64,000 nucleotides of DNA from Candidatus Latescibacterota bacterium (GTDB lineage: Bacteria > Latescibacterota > UBA2968 > UBA8231): the NCBI GenBank assembly GCA_965206595.1, contig OZ242214.1:1600001-1664000 (forward strand), in the 5' to 3' direction. Position numbers and translations under genes: made by a program. The notes beneath the pieces are model-generated. The model made no database searches and was not told where the DNA came from. It worked only from the letters and a program-made list of their open reading frames with translations. Within the stretch, counting starts at the first letter, position 1, and each line of letters opens with the position of its first letter. This document shows, piece after piece, positions 9,685 to 19,504 of the stretch.

Positions 9685-11184
9685 CTATCCGGCTTGCTTC
9701 CAGTCCCTGGCGAGCCGGGTCAGCAGACGGACCCCGAAGCCGACGCCCCCCTTGGGTATGTAGGGATTTGTCCGGGTGGTCCAAGCGGTGCCGGCGATAT
9801 CGAGGTGGACCCAGGGGGAGTCGACGAACTCCTGCAGGAGGGCCGCTGCGGTGATCGCCCCCCCGGAGCGCCCACCGGTGTTCTTCATGTCCGCAACCTG
9901 GCTCTTGATCTGATCCCGGTACTCCGGCCACAGCGGCAGCGGCCAGACGCGCTCACCGGTCTCTTCCCCCGCTTCCAGCACTTTCTCCTTGAGTTCTTCG
10001 TCGTTTCCAAGCATGCCCGCGGCGTGCGATCCCAGGGCAATGACGCAGGCACCGGTCAGGGTCGCCAGGTCGACGATGGCGGCCGGTTTCAGCCGGCGCG
10101 CGTACCCGAGTGCATCGGCGAGGATGAGCCGCCCCTCGGCATCGGTGTTGTCGATCTCTATGGTTTTCCCCGTGATCGTTTTGAGGACGTCCCCGGGCTT
10201 GAACGCTCTTCCCCCGGGGAGGTTCTCCGTCGCCGGCACCAGGCCGACGATGTGTTGGGGAAGATCGAGGTCTGAAACCGCCTGCATCGCCCCGATCACC
10301 GCCGCGGCTCCTGACATGTCGAACTTCATGTCGCCCATGCGGTCGCCCGGCTTCAGTGAAATGCCGCCGCTGTCGAAGGTCACCCCCTTGCCGACGAAGA
10401 CCAGGGGTTTGCCGCCCTTGGCTCCTCCGTGCTCCAGCACGATGAACCGCGCAGGTTCGCTGCTGCCGCGGGTCACCCCCAACAGCGCCCCCATGCCCAA
10501 CCGGCGCATGCCGGTTTCGTCGAGCACCTGGCAGCGCAGACTGCGGTTGCGGGCGATCCTGCGGGCGATACTCGCCAGGTAGGTCGGGGTTGCCGTGTTG
10601 CCGGGGTGGTTGGCGAGGTCGCGGGCAAGGGAAGCGGCTTCCGCAATGGCGCGGCCTGTCCTGTTCCCGCGGCGGGCGGGGGCGAGCTTCGACTGGTCGA
10701 ACTCGACGATGGCGAGGGCGCGCAGCCGCGAGGGCTTTCTTTCCCGGGTCTGGTACTGGTCGAAGCGGTAACATGCGAGGATGCTCCCCTCGGCGACCGC
10801 CTGGGCCGCCGCCTCCACCTCGATCCCGCCCTCGCCCGCGCCGTGGAGTATGGTTGCCGCTCTCTCGACCCCGAGGTCCTGGAGCGCTGCCGCCGCGGTT
10901 CCCGCGGCCTGGCGCGCGGTCTCTGCGCCGAACGATTCCTTCCTGCCGAGTCCGACGACGAGGACGCGGGGCGCCTCGATGCGGCCATGGGTGTACAGCA
11001 ACAAGGTCTCGTTCTTCCTGCCGGCGAAATCCCCGTCGGCAACCGCCCTGCCGATCAGCCCCCCGATCTCCCGGTCGACGGCGCCGGTGGCTCCTCCCGG
11101 CCGCTCGACGCCCTCGAACAGGTTGACGATCAGCGCCGGCTCCTTGCGCTTTTGAATTTCACCACGCGTTACAGTAATATTCAT
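9685..11184 (-). CDS. pepA: Leucyl aminopeptidase (M17)
   Basis: VGKGVTFDSGGISLK, MKFDMSG, NTDAEGRLILAD, DLATLTGA, WVHLDIAG. Confidence 0.96.
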   Translation of the reverse strand: MNITVTRGEIQKRKEPALIVNLFEGVERPGGATGAVDREIGGLIGRAVADGDFAGRKNETLLLYTHGRIEAPRVLVVGLGRKESFGAETARQAAGTAAAALQDLGVERAATILHGAGEGGIEVEAAAQAVAEGSILACYRFDQYQTRERKPSRLRALAIVEFDQSKLAPARRGNRTGRAIAEAASLARDLANHPGNTATPTYLASIARRIARNRSLRCQVLDETGMRRLGMGALLGVTRGSSEPARFIVLEHGGAKGGKPLVFVGKGVTFDSGGISLKPGDRMGDMKFDMSGAAAVIGAMQAVSDLDLPQHIVGLVPATENLPGGRAFKPGDVLKTITGKTIEIDNTDAEGRLILADALGYARRLKPAAIVDLATLTGACVIALGSHAAGMLGNDEELKEKVLEAGEETGERVWPLPLWPEYRDQIKSQVADMKNTGGRSGGAITAAALLQEFVDSPWVHLDIAGTAWTTRTNPYIPKGGVGFGVRLLTRLARDWKQAG

Positions 11185-11289
11185 TTTCGTTCTTACTTAA
11201 TGGCCAATCTGAATCGCCAATTTTCCGCTGCGGAAGGCGGGGGATTGTAGATTTGCCCTATCCGGGTGTCAAGCATCCATCGCGACCGC

Positions 11290-11976
11290 ATGCAACTGTT
11301 CCTGATCCGCCACGGGCAGTCGTTCAACAACGCCCTGAAAGACGTCACCGCTCGAGTCGCCGATCCAGAACTTACGGAACGGGGTGTAGAGCAGGCGCGG
11401 CTCGTCGCCGCCCACCTCGCCGCCGGCGGCCATCTGAGGGGGTCCGAGCGCGACAGCGGACCGAAGCTCGACGAGCTCTGCTGCAGCCCGATGATCAGGG
11501 CTCTGCAGACAGCCGAACCGATCGCCCGGGCCCTGGGATTGACCCCCAAGGTCTGGGCCGACGTTCACGAGATCGGGGGGATCTTCCTCGACAACGATGA
11601 CGGCACGGCCACAGGTTTCCCGGGGTGCACCCGGGAGGAGATCACCGGTCGGTTTTCCGGTTTCGCGTGCGACGGTATCGGGGATCGCGGCTGGTGGCTG
11701 GGCGCCAAGGAGACCCCGGGAGAGGGCCGCGGCAGGGCCCTTGCCGCGGCCGCGGAGCTCACCGCCCGTTCCGGCGAGCCGTTGCGGGTAGGGGTCGTGT
11801 CGCACGGCGATTTCATGAGCGCCCTGATAAAGGCGCTGGCGAATCACCTGCCGAGCTGGGGTCTGCAGTACCACCACGAGAACACCGCGATCACGAGAAT
11901 CGACTTCGATGACGGGGTCGTGGTCGAGTACTTGAACCGCGCCGACCACCTGCCCGCCCACCTCCTCTCCTACTAG
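11290..11976 (+). CDS. Histidine phosphatase (phosphoglycerate mutase-like) family protein
   Basis: LFLIRHGQS, SPMIRALQTA, VSHG, YLNRADHL. Confidence 0.88.
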   Translation: MQLFLIRHGQSFNNALKDVTARVADPELTERGVEQARLVAAHLAAGGHLRGSERDSGPKLDELCCSPMIRALQTAEPIARALGLTPKVWADVHEIGGIFLDNDDGTATGFPGCTREEITGRFSGFACDGIGDRGWWLGAKETPGEGRGRALAAAAELTARSGEPLRVGVVSHGDFMSALIKALANHLPSWGLQYHHENTAITRIDFDDGVVVEYLNRADHLPAHLLSY

Positions 11977-12025
11977 GCTCGCGACAATCGCCGCTGTCCG
12001 GCCAGAGCTGAAACGGAGCTGAATC

Positions 12026-12370
12026 GTGAAGGTATACGCACTGACCCTCAATCTCGTCGACGATGCCCGGACCATTGAGGAATACAAGGATTACCACCGA
12101 AACCCCTGGCCCGAGCCGCTGCAGGGATTGAGGGAAGTCGGCATCACCGACATGAAAATCTTCCTCCTTGGCCGCCGCATGTTCATGTACATGACGGCTG
12201 TCGACGAGTTCGATCCCGACGTCGATTTTCCGCGTTACATCGAACAGAATCCCAGGGCCGCGGGATGGGACGAACTGATGAGGACCTTCCAGGAGCGCGT
12301 GCCGGAGGCAAAGGCAGGGGAGTGGTGGGCCCTGATGGAGCAGGTTTTCGACCTGCAGGAGCACGTGTGA
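12026..12370 (+). CDS. L-rhamnose mutarotase family protein
   Basis: IEEYKDYHRNPWPE, GITDMKIF, WDELM, WWALMEQVFDL. Confidence 0.85.
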   Translation: MKVYALTLNLVDDARTIEEYKDYHRNPWPEPLQGLREVGITDMKIFLLGRRMFMYMTAVDEFDPDVDFPRYIEQNPRAAGWDELMRTFQERVPEAKAGEWWALMEQVFDLQEHV

Positions 12371-13500
12371 CGAGGGCAGACCCGCTCCTGGCGATGGAGG
12401 GCGTCGGGGCCGGTGCCGGGGAGTCCTTCAGCTTGAATTTCTCCCCTGGTCCCGCGCTGCTGCCGAAATCTGTCAGGGAGCAGATAGGGGGCCACTTTGC
12501 CTCCAGTTCCGAGGGTCTTTCGATCGTCGAGATCAGCCACCGCAGCCCCGAGTACGAGGAGATCCACCACCGCGCCCTGGCGCGGTGCCGGGCGCTCTAC
12601 GGGATCCCGGACGACATCGAAGTACTGTTCCTGGGAGGAGGGGCCTCGCAGCAGTTCGCCATGGTGCCGATGAACCTGCTGCGCCGGGCGCGCTCGGCCG
12701 ACTACATCGATACCGGCTCCTGGTCGCGGAAGGCCAAGGCCGAGGCCGCGCGTCTCGGCAGGAAGACGAGGATCGCCGCTTCTAGCGCCGACAGGGGATA
12801 CAGCTACATCCCGGGGCAGGACTCTCTCCGCCTCGAGGCCGACGCAGAGTACCTCCACCTGACCAGCAACAACACCATTGTCGGCACCCAGTACTGCGGT
12901 TACCCGGACAGCGGCGAGGTTCCGCTGGCCGTCGACCTCACCTCGGACCTGCTGGCGCGGCCCGTCTCCTGGGAGCGGGTCGGAGTGGCCTACGGCGGCA
13001 CCCAGAAGAACGCCGGAGTCGCCGGGTGCACGCTGGTTTTTTTGCACCGCGACCTCCTCTCGAGGGAGGAGGATTCGATCCCGGCGATCTTCCGGTATTC
13101 GACCCATGCCGGTGCCGCCTCTCTCTACAACACCCCCCCGGTGTTCGCCGTGTTCGTGCTCGATCTCGTCCTCGGGTGGCTGGAGGGGTCCGGCGGTCTC
13201 GACGCCGCGGAAAGGCGCAATGACCGCAAGGCGCGCATCCTCTACGACGTCATCGATGGCAATCCTGTGTACCGGGGCTTAGCCGAGCCTTCCTCGCGGT
13301 CGGCGATGAACGTCACCTTCGACCTCTCGGACCCGCAGCAGCGGAGCCGCTTTTCAGCTGCCGCCGAGCAGCAGGGATTCGTCGGGCTGCAGGGCCATCG
13401 CTCCTTAGGGGGACTGCGCGCCTCACTCTACAACGGCATGACGGAAGAGGGTTGCCGGGCCCTCGCCGATTTCATGCGCGACTTCGCAGCCAGCCTGTAG
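12367..13500 (+). CDS. serC: Phosphoserine aminotransferase
   Basis: NFSPGPA, EISHRS, GGGASQQF, TSNNTIVGTQ, YGGTQKNAG (PLP lysine), YNTPP, GHRSLGGLRASLYN; GTG start overlaps the upstream stop (GTGA). Confidence 0.95.
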   Translation: MTRADPLLAMEGVGAGAGESFSLNFSPGPALLPKSVREQIGGHFASSSEGLSIVEISHRSPEYEEIHHRALARCRALYGIPDDIEVLFLGGGASQQFAMVPMNLLRRARSADYIDTGSWSRKAKAEAARLGRKTRIAASSADRGYSYIPGQDSLRLEADAEYLHLTSNNTIVGTQYCGYPDSGEVPLAVDLTSDLLARPVSWERVGVAYGGTQKNAGVAGCTLVFLHRDLLSREEDSIPAIFRYSTHAGAASLYNTPPVFAVFVLDLVLGWLEGSGGLDAAERRNDRKARILYDVIDGNPVYRGLAEPSSRSAMNVTFDLSDPQQRSRFSAAAEQQGFVGLQGHRSLGGLRASLYNGMTEEGCRALADFMRDFAASL

Positions 13501-13622
13501 AGATTCCTCCCGCAGAACCGCAGAAGTTTCACCGCGTCGGAAGAACGGACCGACCGCGAATGCGGCATCCGGGATCAGGGGAAGTTCCGCCTACCCCCCT
13601 TTCCGGATGCAGCTTAGCCACT

Positions 13623-15059
13623 CTATGGGCGGGAGCCCGCTTTTTTCCGCTTTCCCTCGCTCCTGGCGGTTCGGTGTTTTCCCGCCTGCAGGCGGTCGGC
13701 AGCCTTGACGGAGCCGATGTGGAGGGTGTCGTACGCCTGCTGTGAGCTCTCGAATGGACCAGGGTGGCCGGTTCCGTGCCACTCGAGGTTGGTGTACATG
13801 GGATTGGTGCGCCCGGTCTCGCGCTCCCTCCTGGCAACCCAGCTTTCCATCCTGCCGCGCAGGGTGGCGACGATGTCCGGCTCCCTGTCGGCGAGGTTGT
13901 CGAGCTCGAGAGGGTCGCGCACGAGGTTGTAGAGCTCGAGCTCCGGTTTGAAGTGGAAGTCGGGCTCGAGCGCCTGGATCAACTTCCATTCCGGACTACG
14001 CCACCCGTGCTTGCGCATCCAGGTGCACTCGGTGATGTAGAAATCCGAGTAGTTCGAGGGCTTTTCCCCGGCGATCAGCGGCAGCAGCGAGCTGCCGTCG
14101 AAGGGGATTCTGCGGGCCGGGATTCCCAGCAGCTTCAGGATCGTGGGCATGAGATCCTGGTGCAGCGAGAACCCCGAAACCCTGCTGCCGGCAGGGAGTC
14201 GTCGGGGAAGCCGCATGATCAGGGGCACGTGCAAGGTGTTCTCGTAGAGGCCGTGGTGATCGAACCAGCACTCGTGCTCGTAGAGGGTCTCGCCGTGATC
14301 GCCGTTGAAAATCACCAGGGTGTCCTCCCGCAGTCCCAGCTCGTCGAGACGGGTCAGGAGTCGCTGGATACAGGCGTCCATGTAGGCGACGGCGCCGTCG
14401 TACTGGGCGACGGCGTATTCGGCGTCCGTCAGGCCGGGGGGCATCCACTGGGCGAAAAAATCGCGAAACGGCTTGAAAGCCCAGACCGGCTCCATCGATT
14501 TGTTCTCCGGGTCGAGCTCGTCGCCGCTGTAGAACAGGCGCTCGAACGGGGCGGGAGGCAGGTAGGGAGCGTGCGGGTCCATGTGCCGCAGGAAGAGAAA
14601 GAACGGCTTCCCTGCGGCGGCGAGGCGCTCGAGCTCCGGGACCGCGACCTCGTTGAGGTTCTCCGCCTTGGGGCTGCGTCCCTCGGCCCAGCTGCCCCAG
14701 CCTGCGTACTCGAGGTAGCTGTCGAAGCCGCGCATGCCGACATTGTCCCCGCCGACGCCGGTGGTGTTGTACCCGTGTTCGCCGAGTATCCGGGGAAGGG
14801 TCAGAACGTCGGCGGGCACCTCGGTCTTGTGGCGCAGGGCGACCACCGTCGTCGAGAAGCAGTCGCGTCCGCTGAGCATCGACGTGTAGGCCGAGGTGGT
14901 CGGGATGTGGGGGGCGTAGTTGCGCTCGAAGAGGACTCCCTGCGAGGCGAACCGGTCGATGTGCGGAGTCGTCAGGCGTTCGTACCCGTAGCAACTCATG
15001 TGGTCGGCGCGCAGGCTGTCGACGCCGAAGAACAGCAGGTTGAGCTTTTTCCTGGCCAT
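13623..15059 (-). CDS. Sulfatase-like hydrolase/transferase (alkaline phosphatase superfamily)
   Basis: DSLRADH, TPHIDRFA, HMDPHAPY, GDHGE, LHVPLI, ELYNLVRDP; start trimmed to MARKKLN. Confidence 0.88.
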   Translation of the reverse strand: MARKKLNLLFFGVDSLRADHMSCYGYERLTTPHIDRFASQGVLFERNYAPHIPTTSAYTSMLSGRDCFSTTVVALRHKTEVPADVLTLPRILGEHGYNTTGVGGDNVGMRGFDSYLEYAGWGSWAEGRSPKAENLNEVAVPELERLAAAGKPFFLFLRHMDPHAPYLPPAPFERLFYSGDELDPENKSMEPVWAFKPFRDFFAQWMPPGLTDAEYAVAQYDGAVAYMDACIQRLLTRLDELGLREDTLVIFNGDHGETLYEHECWFDHHGLYENTLHVPLIMRLPRRLPAGSRVSGFSLHQDLMPTILKLLGIPARRIPFDGSSLLPLIAGEKPSNYSDFYITECTWMRKHGWRSPEWKLIQALEPDFHFKPELELYNLVRDPLELDNLADREPDIVATLRGRMESWVARRERETGRTNPMYTNLEWHGTGHPGPFESSQQAYDTLHIGSVKAADRLQAGKHRTARSEGKRKKAGSRP

Positions 15060-15174
15060 GGTGGGTATCTTGGTGAGTGTGTGTGCGAACAAGGGCTGCC
15101 TGAGAGGAGCCAAGCCTAGGCCCGGTCCGGCAGGTGGTCAAGAAACGGCAGGGCGCCCGATTCCCTCCTCGAAG

Positions 15175-16074
15175 GTGGGGGGCGCGCTGCTGCTGACAGC
15201 GTTCCTGTCGATCGTCTGGGGAGGCTGCAGTGAAGGACAGGACGAAGGCGGGAAGCCCACGGCCGAGGCTGCCCGGGGAACGGCAAATTCCGCTCCCCGG
15301 GGCGGTGGTGCAGGAGAGGAGAGGAGGCGCGATCCGGCCACGGAGTTCCGGCGCCGGTTTCTCAGCCCTTCGTCATCCGACTCCGTGCGCCAGCTTCTGG
15401 CGCGGCACCTGTTTTCCCGTGATCCGGCCTTTCTCGCCAGAGAGTATGGAAATCCCGCCAACACCGCGGCCGTCAGGTCCGCGATCAACCGCGGGGTCGC
15501 CGCCGGGGATACCATCGTCATACCGCTGCTGGTCCTGCTCTTCCAACAGCGCGGCGGGGAAGAGTGGATCGATTTCGAGGTGGCGCTGCTGAGCTTCGGC
15601 CCAAGGGCGGAGAAACCGCTCGCCGCCCTTCTCGGGGATGCCGACCCGTCGGTGGTGCTGCGCGTACTCGACGCCCTCGGCAAGCTCGAGGCGAGCGCTG
15701 AGATCGGTGCGGTTGCCGAACAGCTGCGGCACCGGGATTCCTGGGTCCGCATCGGCGCGGCGCACGCCCTCGGCGAGATCGGCGACACCACTGCGGTCGC
15801 CTTCCTTATGCAAGCCCTCGACGACACCAGCTACTCGGTGGCCAACGCCGCCATGGTCGGCCTCGGCAGGCTGCGTGCTGCCAGGGCGTACGACAGGCTG
15901 ATCGAGTTCACCGGAAGCGACAACCAGCACGTTCGCAAACACGCGGCCATGGCCCTCGGCGAGCTGGGGGACCCGGCGGCCCGGCCGGTCTTGCGCAGGC
16001 TCGCCGAAAGGGACGAGGACTCCGGCGTGCGCTTCATGGCCAGCCGTGCAATCAAGGTGCTCGAGGGGGAGTAG
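15175..16074 (+). CDS. HEAT-repeat protein, probable lipoprotein
   Basis: Repeats VRIGAAHALGEIGD, VANAAMVGLGRL, VRKHAAMALGELGD; hydrophobic N-terminus ending VWGGC; start uncertain. Confidence 0.75.
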   Translation: MGGALLLTAFLSIVWGGCSEGQDEGGKPTAEAARGTANSAPRGGGAGEERRRDPATEFRRRFLSPSSSDSVRQLLARHLFSRDPAFLAREYGNPANTAAVRSAINRGVAAGDTIVIPLLVLLFQQRGGEEWIDFEVALLSFGPRAEKPLAALLGDADPSVVLRVLDALGKLEASAEIGAVAEQLRHRDSWVRIGAAHALGEIGDTTAVAFLMQALDDTSYSVANAAMVGLGRLRAARAYDRLIEFTGSDNQHVRKHAAMALGELGDPAARPVLRRLAERDEDSGVRFMASRAIKVLEGE

Positions 16075-16078
16075 CATT

Positions 16079-16816
16079 GTGAACGGCTCGGCCGCGGCCG
16101 CACTCTGCGCTGCTGCCCTCGCCGCCGCGGCGTGCGATCAGGGCAGAGAGAGACTGGTCGACTCCCTCGAGGAGTTGCGTGCCCGCTCAGGGGAGATTTC
16201 CGACGTGAGCCGTCCTGTGGTCGGACCGTCCGATCCTCCATACTCCGACCGTGTGATCTTTCCGAGCGGCCTGAGGCTCGAGGGCCTTTCCGGAAACAGT
16301 CCACTGGCCGAGTCGTACCCCGACGAGGAGGGCGACCTCTTTCCGTTCGGCAGCGAGCGCCGCGTCCACTACCGGCCGGTCGAGTTCTTCATCGATGTCG
16401 AGTCGTTGTCGGAAGCGTTGCGACAGCAACAGGTAAGCGAAAATTTCAAGCTGGCAGAGTACGTCCGGCTTCCCGAGCGCAACGGCGATCTCAGCATCTA
16501 TGTCGATCCCGAGATCGCCTTCTACGCCCAGGAGCTGCGCTATGCATGGGGGGGGCCGCTGGTGCTTTCCTCGACCTTCCGCAGTCCGGAGTACAACGCG
16601 GAAATAGGCGGCGCCCTGTTCAGCCGCCACATGTACGGAGACGCGGTCGACATACGCGCCCCGTCGCCACAGACGGCCCAGGACCTCTTCAACCTGGCGA
16701 AGTTTCTCGACGTCAGCTTCCTCGAGCCGGCCTCGCTGACGATCGAGGGTCGGGCAAACCCCTGGATCCACATCGATACCCGCGGCTGGCCTCTCAACTC
16801 CCCGCAATCGAGATGA
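16079..16816 (+). CDS. Peptidase M15A (D-Ala-D-Ala carboxypeptidase/YcbK-like) lipoprotein
   Basis: SSTFRSPEYN, SRHMYGDAVDI (SxH...D) and WIHID zinc motifs; lipobox-like AAAAC. Confidence 0.85.
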   Translation: MNGSAAAALCAAALAAAACDQGRERLVDSLEELRARSGEISDVSRPVVGPSDPPYSDRVIFPSGLRLEGLSGNSPLAESYPDEEGDLFPFGSERRVHYRPVEFFIDVESLSEALRQQQVSENFKLAEYVRLPERNGDLSIYVDPEIAFYAQELRYAWGGPLVLSSTFRSPEYNAEIGGALFSRHMYGDAVDIRAPSPQTAQDLFNLAKFLDVSFLEPASLTIEGRANPWIHIDTRGWPLNSPQSR

Positions 16817-16817
16817 C

Positions 16818-17846
16818 ATGAAGACGCTTCTTCTTCCGACCGCGATCGCCGCAGGTTTCGCCGCTTCCGCGAGCGCCATAGACTGGACGAACTTGCGCCC
16901 GGACATGGAGATAGGGGCGCCGCGCATCGCCCTGGTAGATATCGACGGCGACGGGGATGCCGAGCTCGCTGTAGGGGGGCGGGTGGGGACCTTCCTGTCT
17001 CGGGACCGGGACATCTTCCGTCTCGAGGTGCTGCCGGACGCGTCCTCGGCGCCCCTTGCAACCTCGATGTTCGACGCTGTCAGGGACGTTGCCGGCGCCG
17101 ACCTCGACGGCGACGGGAGAGAGGAGCTAGTCGTCGCCGGCGGCGGTGAGCTGGCAGTCATTGCAGTTCGGGATGGCAGCCTCGTCCCTGTACCCCATCC
17201 CGGCTTACCCGCTTTCCCTGGAGCGGCTGCAGGGGGGGTGAATCGCGTCGATTGCATGGATGTCGACGGGGACGGCGAAGTCGAGATCGCCTGGGTGGAA
17301 ACCTGGAGGGAAGCTTCGGGGGAGGGGGGCGCAAGCACCCTTCTGCGGGTCGCCTCGGTGTCCGCGGACGGTTCCTGGCGGCTGCTCTCCGACACGCCGT
17401 TGCGTGCCCACGTCGGAGACCTCTGTTTCGCCGATCTCGACGGCAACGGCCTCGGCGAACTGGTTGTCGAGACCGGGGTGGAGGAGATCGGCGGCCGGCT
17501 CGACGTGTACGCCATGGCCAACCGCGGTCCCGAGCTCTCCTTCTCCCGGCCGGCCGATGCCGAGGCGCGGCGGCTGCTGAGCCTGTCCGCGGTGCGCGAC
17601 GGCAGCCGCGACCTGCTGATCGCCGCCACCGTCGACGGCAGGGTGACCGCTTTCTTCCAGCGGGGGCAGGAACTGCAAGGGATGCACTGGCGCCTTCGCC
17701 TGGATCGGGGGACCCGGGTTACCGGCGTGGCCGTTCTCGGAACCGGCACCGGGGGATCAGGTCGCGCCCTGAAGCTCCTCATCGGGTGCGCGGATCCGGG
17801 CAGGGGCAGCGGCGCCCTGGTCTCGGTTTCCGGCCTGAACCGATGA
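16818..17846 (+). CDS. Secreted FG-GAP/VCBS-repeat protein
   Basis: Signal peptide MKTLLLPTAIAAGFAASASA; repeated DxDGDG motifs (DIDGDGDAE, DLDGDGREE, DVDGDGEVE, DLDGNGLGE). Confidence 0.8.
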   Translation: MKTLLLPTAIAAGFAASASAIDWTNLRPDMEIGAPRIALVDIDGDGDAELAVGGRVGTFLSRDRDIFRLEVLPDASSAPLATSMFDAVRDVAGADLDGDGREELVVAGGGELAVIAVRDGSLVPVPHPGLPAFPGAAAGGVNRVDCMDVDGDGEVEIAWVETWREASGEGGASTLLRVASVSADGSWRLLSDTPLRAHVGDLCFADLDGNGLGELVVETGVEEIGGRLDVYAMANRGPELSFSRPADAEARRLLSLSAVRDGSRDLLIAATVDGRVTAFFQRGQELQGMHWRLRLDRGTRVTGVAVLGTGTGGSGRALKLLIGCADPGRGSGALVSVSGLNR

Positions 17847-19396
17847 TCCGAAGCAAGGGGATCTGGCGGCTGATACCACCGTCCGAAGAACGGGGATGCG
17901 CGTTGGTAAGGGCTCTGTTCCTTCGCCTGCTCGCCGTCGTGTACCTGATCGCCTTCAGTTCGCTTTGGGTGCAGATACACGGGCTGGTCGGCAAACGGGG
18001 AATCCTGCCGGTGAGGGAGTACCTCGATCGCGCTGGGTCGCTGCTCGGGGACGCGGCCTGGCTGCGGGTTCCGACACTCTGCTGGGTGGGCTCCGGGGAC
18101 GCCGCTCTCGACATCCAGTGCGGACTCGGGGTGGCTCTCGCCCTCACCCTGCTCGCTGGGGCAGCCCCTGCGGTGTCCGCGGCAGGACTCTGGGCGCTGT
18201 ACCTGTCCTTGTTCACCGCCGGTCAGATATTCCTGTCGTTTCAGTGGGATCTGCTGCTGCTCGAGACGGGCTTCCTCGCCATTCTCTGGTCGCCCGGATC
18301 GTGGCGGCCGCAATGGGTATGGCCAGCTCCGTCGCGGCAGGTGTTGTGGCTGCTGCGCTGGCTGCAGTTCCGGCTGATGTTTTCCTCCGGGTTCGTCAAG
18401 CTCGCCAGCGGCGACGCTGCCTGGCGGGATCTGCGCGCCCTGGACTTCCACTACGAGACGCAGCCGCTGCCGTCCTGGACGAGCTGGTACGCCCATAACC
18501 TCCCGGAGTGGTTTCACAGCGGCGAGGTGCTGGCGACGTTCGCCATCGAACTGATCGTCCCGTTCGCGATCTTCGCCGGGTGCCGTGCCCGCCTGGTCGC
18601 GGCGGCCGCCTTCGCCCTGCTGCAGGTCGTCATTGTGGCGACCGGCAACTACGGGTACTTCAACCTGCTCGTACTCCTCCTCTGCGTGCCGTTGCTCGAT
18701 GACCGCCTTTTAAGGCGTTTCGTACCGGGGGAATCGCCGTCCACGGGCGCACCGCAACCGGGGCCGCCGTCTGGTCCTCACAGGCGGCGACTCCCCTGGA
18801 AGTACCTGGTCCCGCCCCTGATCCTGCTTCTGCTGCTCCTCAGCAGCATGCAGCTGGCGGCCACGGTCGGTCTGCCGGTCTCCAGGCCCTCATTTCTCGC
18901 AGAGACGCGGCGGGCCCTCGCGCCGTTCCGCCTCAGCAACAGCTACGGGCTGTTCGCCGTCATGACTACCGAGCGGCCGGAGATCGTCGTCGAGGGCAGC
19001 ATGGACGGGGAAGATTGGCAGGCGTACGAATTCAAGTGGAAGCCGGGGGATCCGGGGCGCGCTCCCGGCTTCGTCGCCCCCCACATGCCGAGGCTCGACT
19101 GGCAGATGTGGTTCGCCGCCCTGCGCTCCTATCAGGGCGCCGCCTGGTTCGAGCGCATGATGGCGCGGTTGCTTCAGGGCTCCTCCGAGGTGACAGGCCT
19201 TATCGAGACTAGTCCCTATTCCCGCCCGAAGTACGTGCGGGCATTGCTGTACGACTACCGCTTCGCCGACCGGAAGGAGCGGGGAGAAAGTGGAAACTGG
19301 TGGCGCCGCAGGCTGCTCGGGGCCTACAGCCCGGTGCTGTTCCTGCGGCAACCGAGCACCGAATCCTCGATTGTCGAAAACCAGTCTCGACCTTAA
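17843..19396 (+). CDS. Lipase maturation factor (LMF1) family membrane protein
   Basis: GLVGKRGILP, FQWDLLLLETGFL, FHYETQPLP, TGNYGYFNLL, YGLFAVMTTERPEI, YEFKWKPG, PHMPRLDWQMWFAA; ATGA overlap with the upstream gene. Confidence 0.92.
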   Translation: MIRSKGIWRLIPPSEERGCALVRALFLRLLAVVYLIAFSSLWVQIHGLVGKRGILPVREYLDRAGSLLGDAAWLRVPTLCWVGSGDAALDIQCGLGVALALTLLAGAAPAVSAAGLWALYLSLFTAGQIFLSFQWDLLLLETGFLAILWSPGSWRPQWVWPAPSRQVLWLLRWLQFRLMFSSGFVKLASGDAAWRDLRALDFHYETQPLPSWTSWYAHNLPEWFHSGEVLATFAIELIVPFAIFAGCRARLVAAAAFALLQVVIVATGNYGYFNLLVLLLCVPLLDDRLLRRFVPGESPSTGAPQPGPPSGPHRRRLPWKYLVPPLILLLLLLSSMQLAATVGLPVSRPSFLAETRRALAPFRLSNSYGLFAVMTTERPEIVVEGSMDGEDWQAYEFKWKPGDPGRAPGFVAPHMPRLDWQMWFAALRSYQGAAWFERMMARLLQGSSEVTGLIETSPYSRPKYVRALLYDYRFADRKERGESGNWWRRRLLGAYSPVLFLRQPSTESSIVENQSRP

Positions 19397-19504
19397 GTTT
19401 CGGATTTACTGGAGGTTGACTGTTGCGGTCGCAGCAGCAACGAATGAGCGGTCGCGGAATCTGTCCGCTCACGAGCTGCAAGGACGTTTGGAAGGCGGTT
19501 TGAG

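Noticed and set aside
16187-18517. Long antisense or alternate-frame ORFs (e.g. 16187-18517, 6740-9052, 40084-42528, 26696-28297, 51552-52997)
   Set aside because: They are shadow ORFs of well-supported genes; high GC suppresses stop codons, and they have no recognisable motifs.
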